From: Treponemataceae bacterium
GTDB taxonomy: Bacteria; Spirochaetota; Spirochaetia; Treponematales; Rectinemataceae
Direction of reading: 5' to 3'
Assembly (NCBI GenBank): GCA_963678065.2
Contig: CAXXVZ010000003.1
Location: 608,001-672,000 of the forward strand
DNA length: 64,000 nt
The notes below the pieces were generated by a model that had not been told where the DNA came from, searched no databases, and saw only the letters and a list, made by a program, of their open reading frames with translations. Below are positions 47,351 through 57,867 of the stretch, piece by piece. Position numbers and translations under genes: made by a program. Within the stretch, counting starts at the first letter, position 1; each line of letters opens with the position of its first letter.

Positions 47351-47485
47351 CTGTTAAGATATAATAAATAAAATGAACAAGGTCAACGGGAGGCCGGAGC
47401 CTGGATGACGCCGGAAGCAGCCTTGCCACGAAGGATCGCTGATGGTATACTCTTTCCCATCAAACTTATTTTCAGAGGTAAATCC

Positions 47486-47656
47486 ATGGCACATAAGATC
47501 ACCGATGCGTGCGTAAACTGCGGAGCTTGCGAGGGCGAGTGCCCCACCGGCGCAATCAGCGAGAAGAACGGCGCTCGCTGGATCGATCCCGGCACCTGCG
47601 TGGACTGCGGCGCCTGTGTTTCCGCCTGCCCCACCGAAGCCATCGTCGCCCCCTGA
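47486..47656 (+). CDS. fdx: 2[4Fe-4S] clostridial-type ferredoxin
   Basis: CVNCGACEGECP and CVDCGACVSACP; GAGG RBS; 56 aa. Confidence 0.95.
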   Translation: MAHKITDACVNCGACEGECPTGAISEKNGARWIDPGTCVDCGACVSACPTEAIVAP

Positions 47657-47683
47657 CACACCGTCCCGACAGCGATCCGCTGC

Positions 47684-47716
47684 AAGATCCGGCCCCTTCG
47701 GCCGGGTCTTTTTTTT
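47684..47716 (+). terminator. Rho-independent terminator after ferredoxin
   Basis: aagatccggcc-ccttc-ggccgggtctt followed by a T-run. Confidence 0.85.
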
Positions 47717-47796
47717 GTCACAATGACTTCCCATTCGCGTAAATATCGTCACAAGATGAAAATAAGGCCTCAAGCACAAAAAAATCCGAGACAGTA

Positions 47797-47825
47797 TTGA
47801 CAGGGCAGGGAGCCTGACATATTCT
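47797..47825 (+). promoter_or_regulatory. Sigma70-type promoter
   Basis: TTGACA, 17-bp spacer, TATTCT upstream of the deacetylase gene. Confidence 0.55.
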
Positions 47826-47856
47826 ATTTATTAGTAGTAAAAGTGGGAGCTCTAAA

Positions 47857-48843
47857 TTGAAAAAAACAATCTTTTCCGGAAAGTTGTCGTTTTTTCTTCT
47901 TGCATCCCTTGCCCTCGTTTCCTGCGGACAATTTTTTTCCGTGCCCGAAACAAAGCCATCCACAGAGGTTGGCACGGGTGAGGACCCTATCGTTCCGGGC
48001 AGCGGCGATCTCGCCTTCGAGAACAGCCTTCTCGAGAGTGATCTTTCGACACCTTCGTATTCCGAAGCTCCGAGGGCTCTCTCAGCTTCCTCCTCCAAGG
48101 TTCTGATCCTTATGTATCACCACCTCATAAACGCAGGTACTCCCGAGGAATACGACAGGACGGTCGCCGATTTCCGCAACGATATGAGCTACCTGCGGAG
48201 CAAGGGAATCGTCGTAATTGACTTTGACGACCTTCTCGCGATTCAGGCAGGAACGATGCTTCCGCCCGCAGAAAGGCTCGCCATCATCAGTTTTGACGAC
48301 GGCTACGCCTCTATGTACAAGTATGCCTTCCCCATACTCAAGGAATTCGCTTACAAGGCTACTTTTTTCCTCATCACTTCCTATGTCGCCAATCCCTCCG
48401 GGAATCTGGACGAATCCGGCAAACCTTACTTCCTCCGCTGGAAGGAAGTGAAGGAAATGTCTGCCTATAGGGATCCCGCGACGGGGAGTCGCCTCTTCAC
48501 CATGGGTTCGCACACTGTCGACCATCCCTTCCTCCAGGACCGGGCCTCGAGCTTTGCGACACGAAATGCATACCTGCAATGGCTCAACAAGGAACTGAAC
48601 CAGTCCAAGGCCGCAATCGAGAGGAATGTGAGTCAAGGCGCCATGTTCCTGGCTCTGCCCTACGGTGACGGGTACGGAAACTCAGACATCATCGCCGCAG
48701 CCAAGCGCTTTAACTACAAAGGTATCCGGACTTCCAAATGGGGATCGTTCAGCCCCGCCGACGTGGATAACTTCAAGCTCAAGAGCCTGCCGATATTGGG
48801 CGACACCGATATCGCCTACGTGGATACAGCGTTCACCTACTGA
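47857..48843 (+). CDS. Polysaccharide deacetylase (CE4) lipoprotein
   Basis: Lipobox LALVSC; ILMYH, ISFDDG, GSHTVDHP, LPYG. Confidence 0.88.
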   Translation: MKKTIFSGKLSFFLLASLALVSCGQFFSVPETKPSTEVGTGEDPIVPGSGDLAFENSLLESDLSTPSYSEAPRALSASSSKVLILMYHHLINAGTPEEYDRTVADFRNDMSYLRSKGIVVIDFDDLLAIQAGTMLPPAERLAIISFDDGYASMYKYAFPILKEFAYKATFFLITSYVANPSGNLDESGKPYFLRWKEVKEMSAYRDPATGSRLFTMGSHTVDHPFLQDRASSFATRNAYLQWLNKELNQSKAAIERNVSQGAMFLALPYGDGYGNSDIIAAAKRFNYKGIRTSKWGSFSPADVDNFKLKSLPILGDTDIAYVDTAFTY

Positions 48844-48872
48844 GAACCCCGCTTTGCGGTGGTGCAAAGACC

Positions 48873-48908
48873 ATGAAAAAACCGAGCCAGAAGGCCCGGT
48901 TTTTTCAT
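48873..48908. terminator. Bidirectional terminator between convergent genes
   Basis: atgaaaaaaccg...cggttttttcat perfect 12-bp inverted repeat. Confidence 0.8.
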
Positions 48909-48942
48909 ATCCGTGGGGAATCAGGACAGGCCGGAGAGACGC

Positions 48943-50433
48943 TCACATACCGAGACGGTACGCGACTTCGTTCCAGCGAATCTCCTTGCGCAACTCCTCC
49001 GGATCGGTCTTCGCGTCGATGAGGAGGAATTCGATTCCCGCCATCTCGGCGTAATCCCTGAGCCACTCCGTCTTGACCGCGCGGGAGTATCCGGTGTGGT
49101 GGGCGCCGCCCGCGATAATCCAGGATTCGGCCGCGCGGGCGAGGTCGGGCTTCGGAGCCCAGAGCACGCGGGCCACAGGCAGCTTCGGCATGGATTTTTC
49201 GACAGACAGGGCTTCGACCTCGTTCACGATCATCCTGAACCGGTTGCCCATGTCGATGATGGTGGCATTGAGCGCCTGACCAGGCTCCCCGGCGAAAACG
49301 AGACGCGCGGGGTCCGCCTTGCCGCCGATGCCGAGGGGATGGACCTCGAGCCTGACTTTGCCCGCAGCGATGCTCGGGCAGACTTCGAGCATGTGAGCCC
49401 CGAGAACCGCTTGCTTGCCGGGCTCGAAATGGTAGGTGTAATCTTCCATGAAAGACGTGCCGCCGGGCAGCCCAGCTGCCATGACCTTCATGGTCCTGAC
49501 GAGGGCGGCCGTCTTCCAGTCTCCCTCGCCGCCGAAGCCGTAGCCTTCGGCCATGAGGCGCTGGACGGCGAGGCCCGGGAGCTGGGGAAGCCCATGGAGA
49601 TCCTGGAAAGTGGTGGTGAAAGCGCAGAATCCGCCACCCGCGAGGAAGCCGCGCATGGCGAGCTCGATCCTGGCCTGTTCGCGAACCCGGACCGCGCCAG
49701 CGCCGGAGAGAGCATCGGAGGCGAGTTCGTAGGTCTCGGCATATTCGCGCACGAGGTTGTCCACATCGGATTCGGCGATCGCCGCGGCCGCGCGGACGAG
49801 ATCGCCCACGCCCCAGCCGTTTACGGACCATCCGAACTTGATCTGGGCTTCGACTTTGTCTCCCTCGGTGACCGCGACTTCGCGCATGTTGTCGCCGAAC
49901 CGGGCGACCTTCATCGTCTTTCCTTCAGCGAAGGCCGAGGCGGCGCGCATCCAGCCCGCTATTCTGTCGACGACCGCGCTTTCGCGCCAGAAGCCGACGA
50001 CGACCTTCCGCGGCAGGCGCATTCTCGCCCCTATGAAGCCGTGTTCGCGGTCTCCGTGCGCCGACTGATTGAGGTTCATGAAGTCCATGTCGATGCTGTC
50101 CCAGGGAATGTCGCGGTTGTACTGAGTGTGGAGGTGGCACAGCGGCTTCGCGAGCTCGGAGAATCCGGCGATCCACATCTTGGAGGGACTGAAGGTGTGC
50201 ATCCAGGTGATGATGCCCGCGCAAGCCGGATCGGAGTTGGCCTTCCTTATGAGATCGAGGATGGCGGCCGGACCTGTGAGGACGGACTTCCAGACGAGTC
50301 GACAGGGAAGCCTCAGAGCCAACTCCGCTACAATGGCAGAGGAATGGGCATCGACCTGTCGGAGAGTTTCGTCTCCGTACAGATGCTGGCTTCCAGTCAC
50401 AAACCAGAATTCATTCTTTGAAATGTCGATCAC
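48943..50433 (-). CDS. araA: L-arabinose isomerase
   Basis: [61 protein letters not shown]. Confidence 0.97.
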   Translation of the reverse strand: MIDISKNEFWFVTGSQHLYGDETLRQVDAHSSAIVAELALRLPCRLVWKSVLTGPAAILDLIRKANSDPACAGIITWMHTFSPSKMWIAGFSELAKPLCHLHTQYNRDIPWDSIDMDFMNLNQSAHGDREHGFIGARMRLPRKVVVGFWRESAVVDRIAGWMRAASAFAEGKTMKVARFGDNMREVAVTEGDKVEAQIKFGWSVNGWGVGDLVRAAAAIAESDVDNLVREYAETYELASDALSGAGAVRVREQARIELAMRGFLAGGGFCAFTTTFQDLHGLPQLPGLAVQRLMAEGYGFGGEGDWKTAALVRTMKVMAAGLPGGTSFMEDYTYHFEPGKQAVLGAHMLEVCPSIAAGKVRLEVHPLGIGGKADPARLVFAGEPGQALNATIIDMGNRFRMIVNEVEALSVEKSMPKLPVARVLWAPKPDLARAAESWIIAGGAHHTGYSRAVKTEWLRDYAEMAGIEFLLIDAKTDPEELRKEIRWNEVAYRLGM

Positions 50434-52139
50434 GCTGTCTCCTTCTCGACGAAAGCGCCGAGTGCAAGGTATCTCTTGTATAGTTTGTCGTACAGTTTTA
50501 CCCTGACTGGATCGGGCCTGTAGACTCTCTCCGCTCCCGCGCTCATCGATGCCTGTGCATCGAGCACGGTGGGGTAGAGTCCGGCCGCGGTCGCGGCGAA
50601 CATCGCGGCGCCAAGTGCGCAGGACTGGTCGCTCGAGGTGACAGAGATTTCCATGCCGAGGACATCCGCCGTCGTCTGCATGATGAAGGCGCTCTTTCTC
50701 GCGACGCCGCCGACAGCGGCCACCTTGCTGACTGGAACACCCTCGGAGCTGAGGCGCTCGACTATCGCCCGCGAGCCGAAAGCGGCGGCCTCGACGAGGG
50801 CTCGGTAGACGGCGGGGGCATCGGTGCCGAGGGAAAGTCCCGTGATGGCTCCGGTCAGGCTCTGATCGGCGTCCGGTGTGCGCCGGCCGTTGAGCCAGTC
50901 GAGGGCGAGAACGCCCGACGAGTTCGTCGGGCCTGTAGAGCCGGGCCCGAGGGCGAGGGCAGCCTTCTCCAGTGCGGGGAGGATAGCGTCCTCGAATCCT
51001 GCGGGCACGCCGGCGGCGCCCGGAATGTTGGCGAGAGGCCAGGCGAGGAGCCTCTTGAACCAGGCGAAGATGTCGCCGAAGGCCGACTGCCCGGCCTCGT
51101 AACCGATGAATCCGGGTATGACCGATCCGTCGACCTGTCCGCAGATGCCTGCGACGAGTTTCTCGCCTTCAAAGGCCACTCCCGCGCCAGCCTCTGAAGC
51201 GGCCGCAAGGCGGGGTCCGATGAGGATGTCGCAGGTGCTCGTCCCCATGATTTTGAGGAGGGTACCGGGCGACACATCTCCGCCGACAGCGCCGATGTGC
51301 GCGTCGAAGGCGCCGACCGACACGACGACAGACTCCGGAAGGCCAAGACGGGCGGCCCATTCGGGACAGAGGGTCCCGAAAACCTTGTCCGCCTCGAAGG
51401 TCTCTCTGCCAAGGCTCGGCGCGAGCTCGGCGAGGCGGGGATGAAGGGCGGAAAGAAAGTCCACCGGCGGATAGCCGCCCCAGGACGCGTGCCACATGGC
51501 CTTGTGCCCCGCCGCGCAGCGACTGCGCCTGATGGAGGGAATGTCCGTCACGCCTGCGAGGAGGGCCGGCATCCAGTCGCAGTGCTCTATGATGGTGGAG
51601 GCTGCAAAGGCGACTCCGTGGTTGGTCTCGACGACGCGCAGAGCCTTGGCCCAGAACCATTCCGAGGAATAGATGCCTCCCTCATAGCGGGTATAATCCC
51701 CATCCTCCCAGCTTCGAGCGAGTTCATTGATGCGCTGGGCCTGTGAAAGGCCTGTGTGGTCCTTCCAGAGGATGAACATGGCGTCGGGATCCTCGGCGAA
51801 GCGGGGGGAGAGGGCGAGTGGCACACCGTTCCCGTCCGCGAAACAGGGAGTCGAGCCAGTCGTGTCGATGCACAGAGCTCTGACCTTCTCGGCGGCGCCA
51901 GGACCTGCGGCCGCGAGGGCCCCTCCTACAGCGGCCTCGAGGCTCTCGATGTAATCCAAAGGATGCTGGCGGAAGCGATTGGAGGCGGGGTCGCAGAACA
52001 TGCCGCGCGCCCAGCGGGAATAGGCGCTCACGCCGCTGCCTTTTTCGCTGCCATCCGCCGCGTCGACGACGAGGACCCGGACCGAGTCGGTCCCGTAATC
52101 CACGCCGAGAACATAGTCTCGGTCTTTGGGAATGCTCAT
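50430..52139 (-). CDS. araB: Ribulokinase
   Basis: [47 protein letters not shown]. Confidence 0.95.
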   Translation of the reverse strand: MSIPKDRDYVLGVDYGTDSVRVLVVDAADGSEKGSGVSAYSRWARGMFCDPASNRFRQHPLDYIESLEAAVGGALAAAGPGAAEKVRALCIDTTGSTPCFADGNGVPLALSPRFAEDPDAMFILWKDHTGLSQAQRINELARSWEDGDYTRYEGGIYSSEWFWAKALRVVETNHGVAFAASTIIEHCDWMPALLAGVTDIPSIRRSRCAAGHKAMWHASWGGYPPVDFLSALHPRLAELAPSLGRETFEADKVFGTLCPEWAARLGLPESVVVSVGAFDAHIGAVGGDVSPGTLLKIMGTSTCDILIGPRLAAASEAGAGVAFEGEKLVAGICGQVDGSVIPGFIGYEAGQSAFGDIFAWFKRLLAWPLANIPGAAGVPAGFEDAILPALEKAALALGPGSTGPTNSSGVLALDWLNGRRTPDADQSLTGAITGLSLGTDAPAVYRALVEAAAFGSRAIVERLSSEGVPVSKVAAVGGVARKSAFIMQTTADVLGMEISVTSSDQSCALGAAMFAATAAGLYPTVLDAQASMSAGAERVYRPDPVRVKLYDKLYKRYLALGAFVEKETA

Positions 52140-53221
52140 GGTCTCTCCTTCTTGGCCAAGGATGCTGTTCCCGCGGACCGATAGGGTTCGGCGCAGGGAG
52201 CGTTTTCCTTGAAAAACACATCTATCGGCAAAAGCCTCTCATTTTCGACGGGGGAACCGAAGGCGGCTGTGCGGAAAAGAAGCTCGAGGCCTATCCGGGT
52301 CTGCTCTTCAGGTCTCTGGGAAAGGACACAGTCGATTCTGCCTTCGCAGAGAGCTCTGTAGTTCTCGGGGACAAGATCCCACGACACGAGGGCGCAGGCA
52401 GCCTTGCGACCTTCGTCCGAAAGCCAGTGGCCGACATGGTGGCCACTGGCGTTGACGACGAGGATGCCGGAAATATCGTTTTCGCGGGCGAAGAGTCCTT
52501 CCATGAACTCGTGGCGGGAATCCGAGTCGTCGATCCGGCGGCAATCTCCGACGACGGACAGGCGCCCGCGGTCGGAAAGAGCTGCGAGGAAACCCTCGAT
52601 CCTGCGGCCGATATGGATATCTTCGCCGTGCGCGTTGACGGCGGCGAGAATTCCGCGAGGAGCAAGAAGGCAGAGTAGCTTCCCTGCGAGGTATCCGCTC
52701 CGGAACGCATCCTGATAGATCGAGAACCGGGGTCTTCGCCCTTCGATCCATCCATCGAAGAATGCGTAGGGAAGTTCCGGATCGAGGCAATCGAGGAATC
52801 CCGCGAAGTCCTCGGGCAATACGGGGGCGAGCAGAAGTCCGTCTCCGGGCTCCGCCGCCACGGAGGCGAGAATGTTGCGACAGGCGGCTCTGTCGTAGCG
52901 GTCAAAGCTGTCCACGGTGACGGAGACACGGTAGGCCGCGAGTTCTTCGACCGCCCTGTCCACTCCCTCGCGGCAGAGCTTCCAGTATCCCGAATCCTGA
53001 CTGTCTTCGGGCATGACGACACGGAAGCGCCAGTCTTTTCCGAGAGAGAGTTGGCGAGCGATGAGATCGGGCTTGTAATCTCCGTCCCGGGCTATGGTTT
53101 CGATCTTCCTGCGCGTTTCATCCGAGACGCCGCCTCTGTCGTGGAGGACGCGGTCCACAGTGCCGATGGAGACCCCGGCGAGGCGGGCGATTTCCTTCAC
53201 TGTCAGTTTTACCTGTGACAC
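52136..53221 (-). CDS. LacI family regulator of the ara operon
   Basis: TVKEIARLAGVSIGTVDRVLHDRG HTH; overlaps araB. Start approximate. Confidence 0.9.
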   Translation of the reverse strand: MSQVKLTVKEIARLAGVSIGTVDRVLHDRGGVSDETRRKIETIARDGDYKPDLIARQLSLGKDWRFRVVMPEDSQDSGYWKLCREGVDRAVEELAAYRVSVTVDSFDRYDRAACRNILASVAAEPGDGLLLAPVLPEDFAGFLDCLDPELPYAFFDGWIEGRRPRFSIYQDAFRSGYLAGKLLCLLAPRGILAAVNAHGEDIHIGRRIEGFLAALSDRGRLSVVGDCRRIDDSDSRHEFMEGLFARENDISGILVVNASGHHVGHWLSDEGRKAACALVSWDLVPENYRALCEGRIDCVLSQRPEEQTRIGLELLFRTAAFGSPVENERLLPIDVFFKENAPCAEPYRSAGTASLAKKERP

Positions 53222-53226
53222 GTTCG

Positions 53227-53278
53227 CTCCGTGAACGTACACGAGAGGAGATTGAAAGCACCGTGTACGTTCACGGAG
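53227..53278. promoter_or_regulatory. Pair of operator-like palindromes (17-bp perfect inverted repeat)
   Basis: CTCCGTGAACGTACACG (53227-53243) and CGTGTACGTTCACGGAG (53262-53278). Confidence 0.7.
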
Positions 53279-53334
53279 AAAATCTTAGCACAAGTTTAGG
53301 TGGCCGTCAACGAAGAATCGCGCATCAGTCGGTG

Positions 53335-54192
53335 TCAGCCCCGGGCAGCGCGGCGCGCCGACACCGCGGAAGAGGCGGTGACGGACAGAAGGATTATGAG
53401 GCCGCCCGCGATGCTCGCGGGGCCAGGGAGTTCACCTGTGGCGAGGAAAACCCAGAAGGGGTTGCAGACGGGCTCGATGCCGGCGACGAGGATGCCCTGG
53501 AGAGCCGTGATGCGCTTGATCCCGTAAGAGAGAAGAACCGTCGCGAGTCCTATCTGGACGACGCCGAGTACGAGGATGACGCCGGCGGAGCGCACAGTGA
53601 TCTGGGGCGCGGGGAGGAAACAGGCGATCGCTGCGGCGATGATCATCGTGAATATGTGGGCCAAAAGCCCCGATTCCAGAGGAGATCCGTCCTTCTGCAT
53701 GCGCATGAAGACAAAATAGAAGGCGAAGGTGATGCCCGAGGCGACCGCCGCGATATTGCCCGCGAGGTTTCCTCCCGAGATGTCATCCTTGAAAAAAAGG
53801 ACCATGCCGAAGGCGATGCAGACGAGGGCTATCCAGTGTTCGGGTCGAACTTTCTCTTTCAGAAAGATGAAGCCGAAGAAGGCTGTATAGATGGGAGCGC
53901 CATACTGCAGAAGGATGGCGTTGGCCGAACTCGTCGTCTTGTTGGCGTAGATGAAGAGAAGCATGGTGAGCGCCGAGCAGACGGCGGCCGCGAGCTGGGG
54001 AAACGAGAAGGTGAAATGCGGTTTTTTGAGCCAGACCAGGATGAAGATACCGGCCACGAAGCTCCTGCCCGCGGCGATGGCGAAGGGGTTCCAGTCGATG
54101 AGCTTGATGAGGATGCCCGCGATGCTCCACAGGAAGGCACAGCCTGCCACGGCGACGAGACCGGCGACGTTGTACGGAGATTTCGAATTCAT
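53335..54192 (-). CDS. DMT/EamA family transporter
   Basis: About 10 TM segments; ANAILLQYGAPIY, LKEK, IEPVCNPFWVFL. Confidence 0.9.
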   Translation of the reverse strand: MNSKSPYNVAGLVAVAGCAFLWSIAGILIKLIDWNPFAIAAGRSFVAGIFILVWLKKPHFTFSFPQLAAAVCSALTMLLFIYANKTTSSANAILLQYGAPIYTAFFGFIFLKEKVRPEHWIALVCIAFGMVLFFKDDISGGNLAGNIAAVASGITFAFYFVFMRMQKDGSPLESGLLAHIFTMIIAAAIACFLPAPQITVRSAGVILVLGVVQIGLATVLLSYGIKRITALQGILVAGIEPVCNPFWVFLATGELPGPASIAGGLIILLSVTASSAVSARRAARG

Positions 54193-54268
54193 TGTCCGCG
54201 GATGCTAGCCTGAAAAACATGAACGGAACAATGGGGCCATCGCTCGTCGGACCGCGGACTCCGTCAGC

Positions 54269-54649
54269 TCAGATCCCACCGAATCCTATCCGCTCTCCCG
54301 CGAGGATACCTGCGGCCGCGCAGAAGAATCCGCCGAGATTGGCGATGGCGGCCACGAGGAGGGCGGCGCCGATCCTCCCTGTCCGCAGGGAGGACACGAT
54401 GTCGAGGGTGTATGTCGAAAAGGTGGTGAAACCGCCGAGGAAGCCGGTCATGAGGAGGAGGCGTGCGGCGGGCGAGATGAGGTTCCGGCCGAAAAAGGAA
54501 AAAACGAGGCCGATCAGGAAGGATCCCGCCAGGTTGATGGCGAGGGTCGTCGCCCCGACGCCGAGACCTATCGTCTTCCCGGCGAGACCCACGAGATGCC
54601 GCGCGACGGCTCCCGCGCCCCCGCCCGCGAATACCAACACAAAATCCAT
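54269..54649 (-). CDS. crcB: Fluoride channel Fluc/CrcB
   Basis: GGGAGAVAR, TLAINLAGSFLIG, TGFLGGFTTFSTY. Alternative TTG start at 54679 overlaps the carB stop. Confidence 0.92.
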   Translation of the reverse strand: MDFVLVFAGGGAGAVARHLVGLAGKTIGLGVGATTLAINLAGSFLIGLVFSFFGRNLISPAARLLLMTGFLGGFTTFSTYTLDIVSSLRTGRIGAALLVAAIANLGGFFCAAAGILAGERIGFGGI

Positions 54650-54675
54650 GGGAAGCACCTCCAGGGCCGGATCAC

Positions 54676-57600
54676 TCAAACATACTCTTCCCAGGGCTTG
54701 ATCTCCAATCCCTTCTCTTTGTTGTACAGGAGGGCGTCGGTCAACTGCTTGGCCACCTTGATGTCAGTGATGAGAGGGATGTCGAAATCGATGGCCATAC
54801 GGCGGATAAGATAGTCGTTGCGCAGCTCCGTGTCCCGATTGTTCTTGGGCACGTTGATGACGAGGTCGAACTCGCGCGCGCGCAGCATGGTGGCGATGTT
54901 CGGCTCTTTGCGGTCGAGTGGCCAGTACAACGGTGTCGTCACGACGCCGTTGTCCGCGAGAAACTGAGCAGTTCCTTTGGAGGCATACAGTTCGTAACCC
55001 ATGCTGGTAAGTTTTCTTGCGCCTTCGAGGAAGTCGAGCTTGTTCTCGAGCGGCCCCGTGGAGAGGAGTATCTTCTTGCACGGCACACGGTAGCCGACCG
55101 AGAGCATGGCCTTGAGGAAGGCGTCGTCGAGATCGGTGCCGATGCAGCCGACTTCGCCGGTGGAGGCCATCTCGACTCCGGGGACCGGGTCGGCGCCGTG
55201 GAGGCGGGAGAAGCTGAATTGGGCCGCCTTGACTCCGACCCAATCGAGGTCGAGAGCCGAGGAGGGCGCCTTCTGGATCTCGGCGTCGAGCATGGCGCGG
55301 GTGGCCATCTCGATCATGTTGACGCGGCTGACCTTGGAGCAGAAGGGGAAACTGCGCGAGGCCCTGAGGTTGCACTCGATGACGCGGACCCGGTTGCGCT
55401 GCGCGAGAAACTGAATGTTGAAAGGACCGGTGATGTCGAGGGAGGCGGCTATCCTGCCAGCGATTTTGCGGATCTTGCGGATGGTCTCGATGTAGAGCCT
55501 CTGCGCGGGGAGGACGACTGTGGCGTCGCCGGAGTGGACGCCTGCGTTCTCGATGTGCTCGGTTATGGCGTGGAAGAGTATTTCGCCGCGTTTGGCGACG
55601 GCGTCGATCTCGATCTCCTTGGAGTTCTCGACGAACTTGGAGATGACGACAGGGTGGTCCTCGGAGACTTCGGCGGCCATGCCGAGGAAGCGCTCGAGGC
55701 TCTCGTCGTCCCAGGCGACATTCATGGCTGCGCCGGAGAGCACGTAGCTCGGGCGGATGAGGACGGGGTAGCCGACGTCGCGTGCGAAATTCTTGGCCGA
55801 TTCGGTGTCCGTGAGTTCGCGCCAGGCGGGCTGCTCGATGCCAAGAGTGTCGAGGAGGGCGGAGAACTTGTTGCGGTCCTCGGCCTTGTCGATGTTGGCC
55901 GGGCTCGTGCCGAAAATGACCGCTCCCGCATCGTACAGTTTCATGGCGAGGTTGTTCGGGATCTGGCCTCCCATGGAGAGAATGAGTCCCTCGGGACACT
56001 CGCGCTCATAGATGTCGAGCACTCGCTCGAGGCTCAGCTCCTCGAAGTAGAGCCTGTCGCATACATCGTAGTCGGTGCTCACCGTTTCCGGGTTGCAGTT
56101 CACCATTATCGTATGTTTTTGTAGACTTCGTGAAGTCTGTACGGCGTTGACGCAGCACCAGTCGAACTCGACGCTCGACCCGATCCGGTAGGAGCCCGAG
56201 CCGAGGACCATGACACCTTTGTTGGATGGTTCGACATCGTCGGAGATGCCCGAATAGGTCATGTAGAGGTAGTTCGTCCGCGCGGGATATTCGGCCGCGA
56301 GGGTGTCTATCTGCTTGATGGCCGGCTTGATGTCGAGCTCGTCGCGGAGCTTGCGGATCTGATTTTCGCTCGCGCCGACGAGGCTTCCGATGCGGGCGTC
56401 GGAAAATCCGAGACGTTTCGCGTGGCAAAGGAGGGCTTTGGCAGGCAGGCCCTCGCCCGCACGGAGTTCCGTTTCGCAGGCGAGGATATTCACCATTTTC
56501 CCGAGGAACCAGCGGTCGATCTTTGTCATGGAATGGATTTTCTCGACGCTCCAGCCCTCGGAGAGGGCCTTGTACACGGCGAAAATCCGTCTGTCCGTGG
56601 GAATCCCGAGAGCTTCCTTCACCGTGGTGAAGCCTGCGCCGAGAATGCTTGGTTCTGCGCAGAGACCTGGCGCTCCGATGCCTGTCATTCTGAGGGCCTT
56701 CTGGAGGGCTTCCTCGAAGGTCCGTCCAATGGACATGACCTCCCCGACGGATTTCATCTCGCTGCCGATGCTGACCTCGACATTCTTGAACTTGGCGAGG
56801 TCCCATCGGGGAACTTTGACGACGACATAGTCGAGGGCGGGCTCGAAACAGGACATTGTCACCCGGGTGATGCGGTTTTCGATGTCGGCGAGCGAGTATC
56901 CGAGGGCGAGTTTTGTTGCCACGAAGGCGAGGGGATAGCCGGTGGCCTTGGAGGCGAGGGCTGAGCTTCGCGAGAGGCGCGCGTTCACCTCGATGATGCG
57001 GTAATCCTCCGAGTCGGGATCGAGGGCATACTGGATGTTGCACTCGCCGACTATGCCGATGTGGCGGATGACCTCGATGGCGATGCGCCTCAATTTGTGG
57101 TATTCGGCGTCGGTGAGGGTCTGGGAGGGCGCGACGACGATGCTCTCTCCGGTGTGGATGCCCAGGGGGTCGAAGTTCTCCATGTTGCAGACGGTGATGC
57201 AGTTGTCGAAACGGTCCCTTACGACCTCGTACTCGATTTCCTTCCAGCCGCCGAGCCACTCTTCGACGAGGACCTGGGGAGAGACCGAGAAGGCTTTTTC
57301 GCAGCGTTTGCGGAGTTCGGCCTCGTTCCGGCAGATGCCGGAGCCTGAGCCGCCGAGTGCGTACGCTACGCGGATCATGACAGGATAGCCGATAGCCTCG
57401 GCCGACAGGACGGCATCGTCCGTGTTCGTCGCAGCCGAGCTGCGGGGTGTCTTTGCGCCGATCTGGTCGAGCTTTTTGACGAAGAGGTCGCGATCCTCCG
57501 TTTCCTCGATCGCGCTGACCGGCGTGCCGAGCACTGTGACGCCGTGCCGGGCGAGGGTTCCGTCCCTGTGGAGGGCCACGCCGCAGTTGAGCGCGGTCTG

Positions 57601-57867
57601 GCCACCGAAGGAGAGGAGGATGCCGTCGGGATTCTCCTTCTCGATGACCTTTGTGACGAATTCCGGAGTGACTGGCAGGAAGTAGGTCGCGTCCGCCATC
57701 CCTTCGCTCGTCTGGATGGTGGCAATGTTCGGATTGATGAGCACGGTCTTGATTCCCTCTTCCCTGAGGGCTTTGAGGGCCTGTGAACCCGAATAGTCGA
57801 ACTCGCCCGCCTGGCCGATCTTGAGTCCGCCGGATCCGAGGATGAGTATTTTGCTGGGTTTGCTCAT
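54676..57867 (-). CDS. carB: Carbamoyl-phosphate synthase large subunit
   Basis: IGQAGEFDYSG, CNMENFDPLGIHTGES, EVNARLSRSSALASKATG, NPETVSTDYD, C-terminal MGS domain. Confidence 0.97.
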   Translation of the reverse strand: MSKPSKILILGSGGLKIGQAGEFDYSGSQALKALREEGIKTVLINPNIATIQTSEGMADATYFLPVTPEFVTKVIEKENPDGILLSFGGQTALNCGVALHRDGTLARHGVTVLGTPVSAIEETEDRDLFVKKLDQIGAKTPRSSAATNTDDAVLSAEAIGYPVMIRVAYALGGSGSGICRNEAELRKRCEKAFSVSPQVLVEEWLGGWKEIEYEVVRDRFDNCITVCNMENFDPLGIHTGESIVVAPSQTLTDAEYHKLRRIAIEVIRHIGIVGECNIQYALDPDSEDYRIIEVNARLSRSSALASKATGYPLAFVATKLALGYSLADIENRITRVTMSCFEPALDYVVVKVPRWDLAKFKNVEVSIGSEMKSVGEVMSIGRTFEEALQKALRMTGIGAPGLCAEPSILGAGFTTVKEALGIPTDRRIFAVYKALSEGWSVEKIHSMTKIDRWFLGKMVNILACETELRAGEGLPAKALLCHAKRLGFSDARIGSLVGASENQIRKLRDELDIKPAIKQIDTLAAEYPARTNYLYMTYSGISDDVEPSNKGVMVLGSGSYRIGSSVEFDWCCVNAVQTSRSLQKHTIMVNCNPETVSTDYDVCDRLYFEELSLERVLDIYERECPEGLILSMGGQIPNNLAMKLYDAGAVIFGTSPANIDKAEDRNKFSALLDTLGIEQPAWRELTDTESAKNFARDVGYPVLIRPSYVLSGAAMNVAWDDESLERFLGMAAEVSEDHPVVISKFVENSKEIEIDAVAKRGEILFHAITEHIENAGVHSGDATVVLPAQRLYIETIRKIRKIAGRIAASLDITGPFNIQFLAQRNRVRVIECNLRASRSFPFCSKVSRVNMIEMATRAMLDAEIQKAPSSALDLDWVGVKAAQFSFSRLHGADPVPGVEMASTGEVGCIGTDLDDAFLKAMLSVGYRVPCKKILLSTGPLENKLDFLEGARKLTSMGYELYASKGTAQFLADNGVVTTPLYWPLDRKEPNIATMLRAREFDLVINVPKNNRDTELRNDYLIRRMAIDFDIPLITDIKVAKQLTDALLYNKEKGLEIKPWEEYV

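Noticed and set aside
48913..50421. 502-aa plus-strand ORF
   Set aside because: Antisense shadow of araA in GC-rich DNA; no recognisable motifs.
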